A stretch of 64,000 bases of DNA from positions 43,090,001-43,154,000 of the forward strand of contig OZ024755.1 of NCBI GenBank assembly GCA_964016885.1. Reading direction: 5' to 3'. The DNA is from Eledone cirrhosa (taxonomy: Eukaryota). This document shows, piece by piece, positions 1 to 12,900 of the stretch (positions within the stretch are counted from its first letter, which is position 1; every line of letters begins with the position of its first letter). The translations under genes were made by a program, and so were the position numbers. The notes beneath the pieces were generated by a model. It had not been told where the DNA came from. It saw only the letters and a list, made by a program, of their open reading frames with translations, and did not search any database.

Positions 1-2459
1 GAGGGTGCTGGGTGTGTAGGTGGTTATGGGCTGTGTGTGATGGTGTTGGGTCTGGAGGTGGTTATGTGCTGTGTGTGATGGTGAGGGTGCTGGGTGTGGA
101 GGTGGTTATGGGCTTTGTGTGATGGTGAGGGTGCTGGGTGTGGAGGTGGTTATGGGCTGTGTGTGATGGTGAGGGTGCTGGGTGTGAAGGTGGTTATGGG
201 CTGTGTGATGGTGAGGGTGTTGGGTGTGGAGGTGGTTATGTGCTGTGTGTGATGGTGGGGGTGTTGGGTGTGGAGATGGTTATGGGCTGTGTGTGATGGT
301 GAGGGTGTTGGGTGTGGAGGCGGTTATGGGCTGTGTGTGATGGTGAGGGTGGTGGGTGTGGAGGTGGTTATGGGCTGTGTGTGATGGTGAGGGTGGTGGG
401 TGTGGATGTGGTTATGGGCTGTGTGTGAAGGCAAGGATGTTGGGTGTGGAGATGGTTATGGGCTGTGTGTGATGGTGAGGGTGCTGGGTGTGGAGGTGGT
501 TATGTGCTGTGTGTTATGGTGAGGGTGTTGGGTGTGGAGGTGGTTATGTGCTGTGTGTGATGGTGAGGGTGCTGGGTGTGGAGGTGGTTATGGGCTGTGT
601 GTGATGGTGGGGGTGTTGGGTGTGGAGGTGGTTATGGGCTGTGTGTGATGGTGAGGGTGTTGGGTGTGGAGGTGGTTATGTGCTGTGTGTGATGGTGAGG
701 GTGTTGGGTGTGGAGATGGTTATGGGCTGTGTGTGATGGTGGGGGTGTTGGGTGTGGAGGTGGTTATGGGCTGTGTGTGATGGTGAGGGTGTTGGGTGTG
801 GAGGTGGTTATGTGCTGTGTGTGATGGTGAGGGTGTTGGGTGTGGAGGTGGTTATGGGCTGTGTGTGATGGTGGGGGTGTTGGGTGTGGAGGTGGTTATG
901 GGCTGTGTGTGATGGTGAGGGTGTTGGGTGTGGAGGTGGTTATGTGCTGTGTGTGATGGTGAGGGTGTTGGGTGTGGAGGTGGTTATGGGCTGTGTGTGA
1001 TGGTGTTGGGTGTGGAGGTGGTTATGTGCTGTGTGTGATGGTAAGGGTGTTGGGTGTGGAGGTGGTTATGGGCTGTGTGATGGTGTTGGGTGTGGAGGTG
1101 GTTATGTGCTGTGTGTGATGGTGAGGGTGCTGGGTGTGGAGGTGGTTATAGGCTGTGTGTGATGATAAGGGTGTTGGGTGTGGAGGTGGTTATGGGCTGT
1201 GTGTGATGGTGTTGGGTGTGGAGGTGGTTATGTGCTGTGTGTGATGGTGAGGGTGCTGGGTGTGGAGGTGGTTATGGGCTGTGTGTGATGGTGAGGGTGC
1301 TGGGTGTGGAGGTGGTTATGGGCTGTGTGTGATGGTGAGGGTGCTGTGTGTGGAGGTGATTATGGGCTGTGTGTGATGGTGAGGGTGCTTGGTGTGGAGG
1401 TGGTTATGGGCTGTGTGTGATGGTGGGGGTGTTGGGTGTGGAGGTGGTTATGGTCTGTGTGTGATGGTGAGGGTGCTGGGTGTGGAGGTGATTATGGGCT
1501 GTGTGTGATGGTGAGGGTGCTGGGTGTGGAGGTGGTTATGGGCTGTGTGTGATGGTGAGGATGTTGGGTGTGGAGGTGGTTATGTGCTGTGTGTGATGGT
1601 GAGGGTGTTGGGTGTGGAGGTGGTTATGGGTTGTGTGTGATGGTGAGGGTGTTGGGTGTGGAGGTGGTTATGGGCTGTGTGTGATGGTGAGGGTGGTGGG
1701 TGTGGAGGTGGTTATGGGCTGTGTGTGATGGTGAGGGTGCTGGGTGTGGTGATGTTTATGGGCTCTGTGTGATGGTGAGGGTGTTGGGTGTGGAGGTGGT
1801 TATGGGCTGTGTGTGATGGTGAGGGGGCTGGGTGTGGAGGTGGTTATGGGCTGTGTGTGATGGTGAGGGTGTTGGTGTGGAGGTGGTTATGGGCTGTGTG
1901 TGATGGTGAGGGTGCTGGGTATGGAGGTGGTTATGTGCTGTGTGTGATGGTGAGGGTGTTGGGTGTGGAGGTGGTTATGGGCTGTGTGTGATGGTGAGGG
2001 TGTGGGGTGTGGAGGTGGTTATGGGCTGTGTGTGATGGTGAGGGTGTTGGGTGCGGAGGTGGTTATGGGCTGTGTGTGATGGTGAGGGTGTTGGGTGTGG
2101 AGGTGGTTATGGGCTGTGTGTGATGGTGAGGGTGCTGGGTGTGGAGGTGGTTATGGGCTGTGTGTGATGGTGAGGGTGCTGGGTGTGGAGGTGGTTATGG
2201 GCTGTTTGTGATGGTGAGGGTGCTGGGTGTGGAGGTGGTTATGTGCTGTGTTTGATGGTGAGGGTGCTGGGTGTGGAGGTGGTTATGTGCTGTGTGTGAT
2301 GGTGAGAGTGCTGGGTGTGGAGGTGGTTATGGGCTGTGTGTGATGGTGAGGGTGTTGGGTGTGGAGGTGGTTATGGGCTGTGTGTGATGGTGAGGGTGCT
2401 GGGTGTGTAGGTGGTTATGGGCTGTGTGTGATGATAAGGGTGTTGGGTGTGGAGGTGGT

Positions 2460-3940
2460 TATGGGCTGTGTGTGATGGTGTTGGGTGTGGAGGTGGTTAT
2501 GTGCTGTGTGTGATGGTGAGGGTGCTGGGTGTGGAGGTGGTTATGGGCTGTGTGTGATGGTGAGGGTGCTGGGTGTGGAGGTGGTTATGGGCTGTGTGTG
2601 ATGGTGAGGGTGCTGTGTGTGGAGGTGATTATGGGCTGTGTGTGATGGTGAGGGTGCTGGGTGTGGAGGTGGTTATGGGCTGTGTGTGATGGTGAGGGTG
2701 TTGGGTGTGGAGGTGGTTATGGGCTGTGAGTGATGGTGAGGGTGTCGGGTGTGGAGGTGATTATGGGCTGTGTGTGATGGTGAGGGTGCTGGGTGTGGAG
2801 CTGGTTATGGGCTGTGTGTGATGGTGAGGGTGTTGGGTGTGGAGGTGGTTATGGGCTGTGTGTGATGGTGAGGGTGTTGGGTGTGGAGGTGGTTATGTGC
2901 TGTGTGTGATGGTGAGGGTGCTGGGTGTGGAGGTGGTTATGGGCTGTGTGTGATGGTGAGGGTGTTGGGTGTGGAGGTGGTTATGGGCTGTGTGTGATGG
3001 TGAGGGTGCTGGGTGTGGAGGTGGTTTTGGGCTGTGTGTGATGGTGAGGGTGCTGGGTGTGGAGGTGGTTATGGGCTGTGTGTGATGGTGAGGGTGCTGT
3101 GTGTGGAGGTGGTTATGGGCTGTGTGTGATGGTGAGGGTGCTGGGTGTGGAGGTGTTTATGGGCTGTGTGTGATGGTGAGGGTGTTGGGTGTGGCGGTGG
3201 TTATGGGCTGTGTGTGATGGTGTTGGGTGTGGAGGTGGTTATGTGCTGTGTGTGATGGTGAGGGTGCTGGGTGTGGAGGTGGTTATGGGCTGTGTGTGAT
3301 GGTGAGGGTGCTGGGTGTGGAGGTGGTTATGGGCTGTGTGTGATGGTGTGGGTGCTGTGTGTGGAGGTGATTATGGGCTGTGTGTGATGGTGAGGGTGCT
3401 GGGTGTGGAGGTGGTTATGGGCTGTGTGTGATGGTGAGGGTGTTGGGTGTGGAGGTGGTTATGGGCTGTGTGTGATGGTGAGGGTGTCGGGTGTGGAGGT
3501 GATTATGGGCTGTGTGTGATGGTGAGGGTGCTGGGTGTGGAGCTGGTTATGGGCTGTGTGTGATGGTGAGGGTGTTGGGTGTGGAGGTGGTTATGGGCTG
3601 TGTGTGATGGTGAGGGTGTTGGGTGTGGAGGTGGTTATGTGCTGTGTGTGATGGTGAGGGTGCTGGGTGTGGAGGTGGTTATGGGCTGTGTTTGATGGTG
3701 AGGGTGTTGGGTGTGGAGGTGGTTATGGGCTGTGTGTGATGGTGAGGGTGCTGGGTGTGGAGGTGGTTTTGGGCTGTGTGTGATGGTGAGGGTGCTGGGT
3801 GTGGAGGTGGTTATGGGCTGTGTGTGATGGTGAGGGTGCTGGGTGTGGAGGTGTTTATGGGCTGTGTGTGATGGTGAGGGTGTTGGGTGTGGCGGTGGTT
3901 ATGGGCTGTGTGTGATGGTGAGGGTGTTGGGTGTGGATGT
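2460..3940 (+). repeat. 742-bp tandem duplication (17 units) within the 44-bp array
   Basis: The GTGTCGGG variant has its TCGG at 2745 and 3487. GGAGCTGG and GGTTTTGG variants repeat with the same offset. 742 = 17x44 - 6. Boundaries are approximate. Confidence 0.8.
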
Positions 3941-6900
3941 GGTTATGTGCTGTGTGTGATGGTGAGGGTGCTGGGTGTGAAGGTGGTTATGGGCTGTGTG
4001 TGATGTTGAGGGTGCTGGGTGTGGAGGTGGTTATTTGCTGTGTGTGATGGTGAGGGTGGTGGGTGTGGAGGTGGTTATGGGCTGTGTGTGATGGTGAGGG
4101 TGTTGGGTGTGGAGGTGGTTATGGGCTGTGTGTGATGGTGAGGGTGTTGGGTGTGGAGGTGGTTATGGGCTGAGTGTGATGGTGAGGGTGTTGGGTGTGG
4201 AGGTTGTTATGGGCTGTGTGTGATGGTGAGGGTGCTGGGTGTGGAGGTGGTTATGGGCTGTGTGTGATGGTGAGGGTGCTGGGTGTGGAGGTGGTTATGG
4301 GCTGTGGGTGATGGTGAGGGTGCTGGGTGTGGAGGTGGTTATGGGCTGTGTGTGATGGTGTTGGGTGTGGAGGTGGTTATGGGCTCTGTGTGATGGTGAG
4401 GGTGTTGGGTGTGGTGGTGGTTATGGGCTGTGTGTGATGGTAAGGGTGTTGGATGTGGAGATGGTTATGGGCTGTGTGTGATGGTGAGGGTGCTGGGTGT
4501 GGAGGTGGTTATGTGCTGTGTGTGATGGTGAGGGTGCTGGGTGTGGAGGTGGTTATGGGCTGTGTGTGATGGTGCGGGTGTTGGGTGTGGAGGTGGTTAT
4601 GGGCTGTGTGTGATGGTGAGGGTGTTGGGTGTGGAGGTGGTTATGGGCTGTGTGTGATGGTGAGGGTGTTGGGTGTGGAGGTGATTATGGGCTGTGTGTG
4701 ATGGTGCGGGTGTTGGGTGTGTAGGTGGTTATGGGCTGTGTGTGATGGTGAGGGTGTTGGGTGTGGAGGTGGTTATGGGCTGTGTGTGATGGTGAGGGTG
4801 TTGGGCGTGGAGGTGGTTATGGGCTGTGTGTGATGGTAAGGGTGTTGGGTGTGGAGGTGGTTATGGGCTGTGTGTGATGGTGAGGGTGTTGGGTGTGGAG
4901 GTGGTTATGGGCTGTGTGTGATAGTGAGGGAGCTGGGTGTGGAGGTGGTTATGGGCTGTGTGTGATGGTGAGGGTGCTGGGTGTGTAGGTGGTTATGGGC
5001 TGTGTGTGATGGTGTTGGGTCTGGAGGTGGTTATGTGCTGTGTGTGATGGTGAGGGTGCTGGGTGTGGAGGTGGTTATGGGCTTTGTGTGATGGTGAGGG
5101 TGCTGGGTGTGGAGGTGGTTATGGGCTGTGTGTGATGGTGAGGGTGCTGGGTGTGAAGGTGGTTATGGGCTGTGTGATGGTGAGGGTGTTGGGTGTGGAG
5201 GTGGTTATGTGCTGTGTGTGATGGTGAGGGTGCTGGGTGTGGAGGTGGTTATGGGCTGTGTGTGATGGTGAGGGTGCTGGGTGTGGAGGTGGTTATGGGC
5301 TGTGTGTGATGGTGTTGGGTGTGGAGGTGGTTATGTGCTGTGTGTGATGGTGAGGGTGCTGGGTGTGGAGGTGGTTATGGGCTGTGTGTGATGGTGAGGG
5401 TGCTGGGTGTGGAGGTGGTTATGGGCTGTGTGTGATGGTGTGGGTGCTGTGTGTGGAGGTGATTATGGGCTGTGTGTGATGGTGAGGGTGCTGGGTGTGG
5501 AGGTGGTTATGGGCTGTGTGTGATGGTGAGGGTGTTGGGTGTGGAGGTGGTTATGGGCTGTGTGTGATGGTGAGGGTGTCGGGTGTGGAGGTGATTATGG
5601 GCTGTGTGTGATGGTGAGGGTGCTGGGTGTGGAGCTGGTTATGGGCTGTGTGTGATGGTGAGGGTGTTGGGTGTGGAGGTGGTTATGGGCTGTGTGTGAT
5701 GGTGAGGGTGTTGGGTGTGGAGGTGGTTATGTGCTGTGTGTGATGGTGAGGGTGCTGGGTGTGGAGGTGGTTATGGGCTGTGTTTGATGGTGAGGGTGTT
5801 GGGTGTGGAGGTGGTTATGGGCTGTGTGTGATGGTGAGGGTGCTGGGTGTGGAGGTGGTTTTGGGCTGTGTGTGATGGTGAGGGTGCTGGGTGTGGAGGT
5901 GGTTATGGGCTGTGTGTGATGGTGAGGGTGCTGGGTGTGGAGGTGTTTATGGGCTGTGTGTGATGGTGAGGGTGTTGGGTGTGGCGGTGGTTATGGGCTG
6001 TGTGTGATGGTGAGGGTGTTGGGTGTGGATGTGGTTATGTGCTGTGTGTGATGGTGAGGGTGCTGGGTGTGAAGGTGGTTATGGGCTGTGTGTGATGTTG
6101 AGGGTGCTGGGTGTGGAGGTGGTTATTTGCTGTGTGTGATGGTGAGGGTGGTGGGTGTGGAGGTGGTTATGGGCTGTGTGTGATGGTGAGGGTGTTGGGT
6201 GTGGAGGTGGTTATGGGCTGTGTGTGATGGTGAGGGTGTTGGGTGTGGAGGTGGTTATGGGCTGAGTGTGATGGTGAGGGTGTTGGGTGTGGAGGTTGTT
6301 ATGGGCTGTGTGTGATGGTGAGGGTGCTGGGTGTGGAGGTGGTTATGGGCTGTGTGTGATGGTGAGGGTGCTGGGTGTGGAGGTGGTTATGGGCTGTGGG
6401 TGATGGTGAGGGTGCTGGGTGTGGAGGTGGTTATGGGCTGTGTGTGATGGTGTTGGGTGTGGAGGTGGTTATGGGCTCTGTGTGATGGTGAGGGTGTTGG
6501 GTGTGGTGGTGGTTATGGGCTGTGTGTGATGGTAAGGGTGTTGGATGTGGAGATGGTTATGGGCTGTGTGTGATGGTGAGGGTGCTGGGTGTGGAGGTGG
6601 TTATGTGCTGTGTGTGATGGTGAGGGTGCTGGGTGTGGAGGTGGTTATGGGCTGTGTGTGATGGTGCGGGTGTTGGGTGTGGAGGTGGTTATGGGCTGTG
6701 TGTGATGGTGAGGGTGTTGGGTGTGGAGGTGGTTATGGGCTGTGTGTGATGGTGAGGGTGTTGGGTGTGGAGGTGATTATGGGCTGTGTGTGATGGTGCG
6801 GGTGTTGGGTGTGTAGGTGGTTATGGGCTGTGTGTGATGGTGAGGGTGTTGGGTGTGGAGGTGGTTATGGGCTGTGTGTGATGGTGAGGGTGTTGGGCGT

Positions 6901-7310
6901 GGAGGTGGTTATGGGCTGTGTGTGATGGTAAGGGTGTTGGGTGTGGAGGTGGTTATGGGCTGTGTGTGATGGTGAGGGTGTTGGGTGTGGAGGTGGTTAT
7001 GGGCTGTGTGTGATAGTGAGGGAGCTGGGTGTGGAGGTGGTTATGGGCTGTGTGTGATGGTGAGGGTGCTGGGTGTGTAGGTGGTTATGGGCTGTGTGTG
7101 ATGGTGTTGGGTCTGGAGGTGGTTATGTGCTGTGTGTGATGGTGAGGGTGCTGGGTGTGGAGGTGGTTATGGGCTTTGTGTGATGGTGAGGGTGCTGGGT
7201 GTGGAGGTGGTTATGGGCTGTGTGTGATGGTGAGGGTGCTGGGTGTGAAGGTGGTTATGGGCTGTGTGATGGTGAGGGTGTTGGGTGTGGAGGTGGTTAT
7301 GTGCTGTGTG
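3200..7310 (+). repeat. 2092-bp higher-order tandem duplication (48 units) within the 44-bp array
   Basis: Markers at a constant 2092-bp offset: TCGG 3487/5579, TTGGGCG 4801/6893, ATAGTG 4921/7013, GTAGG 4985/7077. 2092 = 48x44 - 3x6 - 2. Confidence 0.9.
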
Positions 7311-8911
7311 TGATGGTGGGGGTGTTGGGTGTGGAGATGGTTATGGGCTGTGTGTGATGGTGAGGGTGTTGGGTGTGGAGGCGGTTATGGGCTGTGTGTG
7401 ATGGTGAGGGTGGTGGGTGTGGAGGTGGTTATGGGCTGTGTGTGATGGTGAGGGTGGTGGGTGTGGATGTGGTTATGTGCTGTGTGTGAAGGCAAGGATG
7501 TTGGGTGTGGAGATGGTTATGGGCTGTGTGTGATGGTGATGGTGCTGGGTGTGGAGGTGGTTATGTGCTGTGTGTTATGGTGAGGGTGTTGGGTGTGGAG
7601 GTGGTTATGTGCTGTGTGTGATGGTGAGGGTGCTGGGTGTGGAGGTGGTTATGGGCTGTGTGTGATGGTGGGGGTGTTGGGTGTGGAGGTGGTTATGGGC
7701 TGTGTGTGATGGTGAGGGTGTTGGGTGTGGAGGTGGTTATGTGCTGTGTGTGATGGTGAGGGTGTTGGGTGTGGAGATGGTTATGGGCTGTGTGTGATGG
7801 TGGGGGTGTTGGGTGTGGAGGTGGTTATGGGCTGTGTGTGATGGTGAGGGTGTTGGGTGTGGAGGTGGTTATGTGCCGTGTGTGATGGTGAGGGTGTTGG
7901 GTGTGGAGGTGGTTATGTGCTGTGTGTGATGGTGAGGGTGTTGGGTGTGGAGGTGGTTATGGGCTGTGTGTGATGGTGTTGGGTGTGGAGGTGGTTATGT
8001 GCTGTGTGTGATGGTAAGGGTGTTGGGTGTGGAGGTGGTTATGGGCTGTGTGATGGTGTTGGGTGTGGAGGTGGTTATGTGCTGTGTGTGATGGTGAGGG
8101 TGCTGGGTGTGGAGGTGGTTATAGGCTGTGTGTGATGATAAGGGTGTTGGGTGTGGAGGTGGTTATGGGCTGTGTGTGATGGTGTTGGGTGTGGAGGTGG
8201 TTATGTGCTGTGTGTGATGGTGAGGGTGCTGGGTGTGGAGGTGGTTATGGGCTGTGTGTGATGGTGAGGGTGTCGGGTGTGGAGGTGATTATGGGCTGTG
8301 TGTGATGGTGAGGGTGCTGGGTGTGGAGCTGGTTATGGGCTGTGTGTGATGGTGAGGGTGTTGGGTGTGGAGGTGGTTATGGGCTGTGTGTGATGGTGAG
8401 GGTGTTGGGTGTGGAGGTGGTTATGTGCTGTGTGTGATGGTGAGGGTGCTGGGTGTGGAGGTGGTTATGGGCTGTGTGTGATGGTGAGGGTGTTGGGTGT
8501 GGAGGTGGTTATGGGCTGTGTGTGATGGTGAGGGTGCTGGGTGTGGAGGTGGTTATTTGCTGTGTGTGATGGTGAGGGTGGTGGGTGTGAAGGTGGTTAT
8601 GGTCTGTGTGTGATGGTGAGGGTGTTGGGTGTGGAGGTGGTTATGTGCTGTGTGTGATGGTGGGGGTGTTGGGTGTGGAGATGGTTATGGGCTGTGTGTG
8701 ATGGTGAGGGTGTTGGGTGTGGAGGTGGTTATGGGCTGTGTGTGATGGTGAGGGTGTTGGGTGTGGAGGTGGTTATGGGCTGTGTGTGATGGTGAGGGTG
8801 CTGGGTGTGGAGGTGGTTATGGGCTGTGTGTGATGGTGAGGGTGCTGGGTGTGGAGGTGGTTATGGGCTGTGGGTGATGGTGAGGGTGCTGGGTGTGGAG
8901 GTGGTTATGGG

Positions 8912-8940
8912 TTAGGGTTAGGGTTAGGGTTAGGGTTAGG
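8912..8940 (+). repeat. Short interstitial telomeric tract (TTAGGG)4TTAGG
   Basis: Perfect TTAGGG hexamers at 8912, 8918, 8924 and 8930, then TTAGG at 8936. TTAGGG is the canonical telomere repeat of vertebrates and many other eukaryotes. Confidence 0.93.
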
Positions 8941-9999
8941 CTTAGGATAGCTTAGCTTAGCTTAGCTTAGGATAGCTTAGCTTAGCTTAGCTTAGGATAG
9001 CTTAGCTTAGCTTAGCTTAGGATAGCTTAGCTTAGGATAGCTTAGCTTAGGATAGCTTAGCTTAGGTTAGCTTAGCTTAGCTTAGCTTAGGATAGCTTAG
9101 GATAGCTTAGCTTAGGATAGCTTAGCTTAGCTTAGCTTAGGATAGCTTAGGATAGCTTAGGATAGCTTAGCTTAGCTTAGCTTAGGATAGCTTAGCTTAG
9201 GATAGCTTAGCTTAGCTTAGGATAGCTTAGCTTAGCTTAGCTTAGGATAGCTTAGCTTAGGATAGCTTAGCTTAGGATAGCTTAGCTTAGGATAGCTTAG
9301 GATAGCTTAGCTTAGGATAGCTTAGGATAGCTTAGCTTAGGTAGCTTAGCTTAGCTTAGCTTAGGATAGCTTAGCTTAGCTTAGGATAGCTTAGCTTAGC
9401 TTAGCTTAGGATAGCTTAGCTTAGGATAGCTTAGGATAGCTTAGCTTAGCTTAGCTTAGGATAGCTTAGCATAGCTTAGGATAGCTTAGCTTAGCTTAGG
9501 ATAGCTTAGCTTAGGATAGCTTAGCTTAGCTTAGCTTAGGATAGCTTAGCTTAGCTTAGCTTAGGATAGCTTAGCTTAGCTTAGCTTAGGATAGCTTAGC
9601 TTAGCTTAGCTTAGGATAGCTTAGCTTAGCTTAGCTTAGGATAGCTTAGCTTAGCTTAGCTTAGCTTAGCTTAGCTTAGCTTAGCTTAGCTTAGCTTAGG
9701 ATAGCTTAGCTTAGCTTAGCTTAGGATAGCTTAGCTTAGCTTAGGAGAGCTTAGCTTAGCTTAGCTTAGGATAGCTTAGCTTAGCTTAGCTTAGGATAGC
9801 TTAGCTTAGCTTAGCTTAGGATAGCTTAGCTTAGCTTAGCTTAGGATAGCTTAGCTTAGCTTAGCTTAGGATAACTTAGCTTAGCTTAGCTTAGGATAGC
9901 TTAGCTTAGCTTAGCTTAGGATAGCTTAGCTTAGCTTAGCTTAGGATAGCTTAGCTTAGCTTAGCTTAGGATAGCTTAGGATAGCTTAGCTTAGGATAG

Positions 10000-12900
10000 C
10001 TTAGGATAGCTTAGCTTAGGATAGCTTAGGATAGCTTAGCTTAGGATAGCTTAGGATAGCTTAGCTTAGCTTAGCTTAGCTTAGCTTAGCTTAGCTTAGC
10101 TTAGCTTAGGATAGCTTAGGATAGCTTAGCTTAGGATAGCTTAGCTTAGGATAGCTTAGCTTAGGATAGCTTAGCTTAGGATAGCTTAGCTTAGGATAGC
10201 TTTGCTTAGGATAGCTTAGGATAGCTTAGCTTAGGATAGCTTAAGATAGCTTAGCTTAGGATAGCTTAGCTTAGGATAGCTTTGGATAGCTTAGCTTAGC
10301 TTAGCTTAGGATAGCTTAGTTTAGCTTAGCTTAGGATAGCTTAGCTTAGCTTAGGATAGCTTAGCTTAGCTTTGCTTAGGATAGCTTAGCTTAGGATAGC
10401 TTAGCTTAGCTTAGCTTAGGATAGCTTAGCTTAGCTTAGCTTAGGATAGCTTAGCTTAGCTTAGCTTAGGATAGCTTAGCTTAGCTTAGGATAGCTTAGC
10501 TTAGCTTAGGATAGCTTAGCTTAGCTTAGGATAGCTTAGCTTAGCTTAGCTTAGGATAGCTTAGCTTAGCTTTGCTTAGGATAGCTTAGCTTAGCTTAGC
10601 TTAGGATAGCTTAGCTTAGGTTAGCTTAGGATAGCTTAGCTTAGCTTAGGATAGCTTAGCTTAGCTTAGCTTAGGATAGCTTAGATTAGCTTAGCTTATG
10701 ATAGCTTAGCTTAGCTTAGGATAGCTTAGCTTAGCTTAGCTTAGGATAGCTTAGCTTAGCTTAGCTTAGGATAGCTTAGCTTAGCTTAGCTTAGGATAGC
10801 TTAGCTTAGCTTAGCTTAGGATAGCTTAGCTTAGCTTAGCTTAGGATAACTTAGCTTAGCTTAGCTTAGCTTAGGATAGCTTAGCTTAGGATAGCTTAGC
10901 TTAGCTTAGGATAGCTTAGCTTAGCTTAGCTTAGGATAGCTTAGCTTAGCTTAGCTTAGGATAGCTTAGCTTAGCTTAGCTTAGCTTAGCTTAGGATAGC
11001 TTAGCTTAGCTTAGCTTAGCTTAGCTTAGGATAGCTTAGCTTATGTTAGCTTAGCTTAGCTTAGCTTAGGATAGCTTAGGATAGCTTAGCTTAGGATAGT
11101 TTAGCTTAGCTTAGCTTAGGATAGCTTAGCTTAGCTTAGCTTAGGATAGCTTAGCTTAGGATAGCTTAGCTTAGGATAGCTTAGGATAGCTTAGCTTAGG
11201 ATAGCTTAGCTTAGGATAGCTTAGGATAGCTTAGCTTAGGATAGCTTAGGATAGCTTAGCTTAGCTTAGCTTAGGATAGCTTAGCTTAGCTTAGCTTAGG
11301 ATAGTTTAGCTTAGCTTAGCTTAGGATAGCTTAGCTTAGCTTAGCTTAGGATAGCTTAGCTTAGCTTAGGATAGCTTAGCTTAGCTTAGCTTAGGATAGC
11401 TTAGCTTAGCTTAGCTTAGGATAGCTTAGCTTAGCTTAGCTTAGGATAGCTTAGCTTAGCTTAGCTTAGGATAGCTTAGCTTAGCTTAGCTTAGGATAGC
11501 TTAGCTTAGCTTAGGATAGCTTAGCTTAGCTTAGCTTAGGATAGCTTAGCTTAGCTTAGGATAGCTTAGCTTAGCTTAGGAGAGCTTAGCTTAGCTTAGG
11601 AGAGCTTAGCTTAGCTTAGCTTAGGATAGCTTAGCTTAGCTTAGGAGAGCTTAGCTTAGCTTAGCTTAGGATAGCTTAGCTTAGCTTAGCTTAGGATAGC
11701 TTAGCTTAGCTTAGCTTAGGATAGCTTAGCTTAGCTTAGCTTAGGATAGCTTAGCTTAGCTTAGCTTAGGATAGCTTAGGATAGCTTACCTTAGGAGAGC
11801 TTAGCTTAGGATAGCTTAGCTTAGGATAGTTTAGGATAGCTTAGCTTAGGATAGCTTAGCTTAGAATAGCTTAGCTTAGGATAGCTTAGGATAGCTTAGC
11901 TTAGGATATCTTAGCTTAGCTTAGCTTAGGATAGCTTAGCTTAGCTTAGCTTAGGATAGCTTAGGATAGCTTAGCTTAGGATAGCTTAGGATAGCTTAGC
12001 TTAGGATAGCTTAGCTTAGGATAGCTTAGGATAGCTTAGCTTAGCTTAGCTTAGGATAGCTTAGCTTAGCTTAGCTTTGGATAGCTTAGCTTAGCTTAGC
12101 TTTGAATAGCTTAGCTTAGCTTAGCTTAGGATAGCTTAGGATAGCTTAGCTTAGGATAGCTTAGGATAGTTTAGCTTAGGATAGCTTAGGATAGCTTAGC
12201 TTAGGATAGCTTAGGATAGCTTAGCTTAGGAATAGCTTAGCTTAGGAGAGCTTAGCTTAGCTTAGCTTAGGATAGCTTAGCTTGGGATAGCTTAGCTTAG
12301 GATAGCTTAGCTTAGGATAGCTTAGCTTAGGATAGCTTAGGATAGCTTAGCTTAGCTTAGCTTAGGCTAGCTTAGCTTAGCTTAGCCTAGGATAGCTTAG
12401 CTTAGCTTACGATAGCTTAGCTTAGCTTAGCTTAGGATAGCTTAGCTTAGCTTAGGATAGCTTAGCTTAGCTTTGCTTAGGATAGCTTAGCTTAGCTTAG
12501 CTTAGGATAGCTTAGCTTAGCTTAGCTTAGGATAGCTTAGCTTAGGATAGCTTAGCTTAGGATAGCTTAGCTTAGGATAGCTTAGCTTAGGATAGCTTAG
12601 GATAGCTTAGCTTAGGATAGCTTAGCTTAGCTTAGCTTAGGATAGCTTAGCTTAGGATAGCTTAGCTTAGGATAGCTTAGCTTAGCTTAGCTTAGGTTAG
12701 CTTAGCTTAGCTTAGCTTAGGATAGCTTAGCTTAGCTTAGCTTAGCTTAGCTTAGCTTAGGATAGCTTAGCTTAGCTTAACTTAGGATAGCTTAGCTTAG
12801 CTTAGCTTAGGATAGCTTAGCTTAGCTTAGCTTAGGATAGCTTAGCTTAGCTTAGCTTAGGATAGCTTAGCTTAGCTTAGCTTAGCTTAGGATAGCTTAG

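Larger units (their letters stand above)
1..8911 (+). repeat. 44-bp G/T-rich minisatellite array (~200 units), consensus GATGGTGAGGGTGYTGGGTGTGGAGGTGGTTATGGGCTGTGTGT; open at the left window edge
   Basis: The unit can be read directly, e.g. starts at 121 and 165 (44 bp apart). Recurrent variants include a 38-bp unit lacking AGGGTG, a 42-bp unit lacking one TG, GTGC/GTGT and ATGGG/ATGTG. Confidence 0.98.

Noticed and set aside
1788-1991. 67-aa ORF from the ORF track
   Set aside because: It is a translation of the 44-bp repeat with a GTG start, prolonged by a 1-bp deletion near 1873. The peptide is repetitive and has no gene context.
1-8911. CRISPR array
   Set aside because: The units are head-to-tail with no unique spacers, leader or cas genes.
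1-8911. Yeast TG1-3 telomere, Rap1 sites or bacterial Chi sites
   Set aside because: The matches are partial and expected in G/T-rich sequence. A fixed 44-bp unit containing A and C is unlike TG1-3.
8936-8946. Assigning the organism to nematodes (TTAGGC) or insects (TTAGG)
   Set aside because: The single TTAGGC is a junction product, and TTAGG never forms a sustained pure tandem run.
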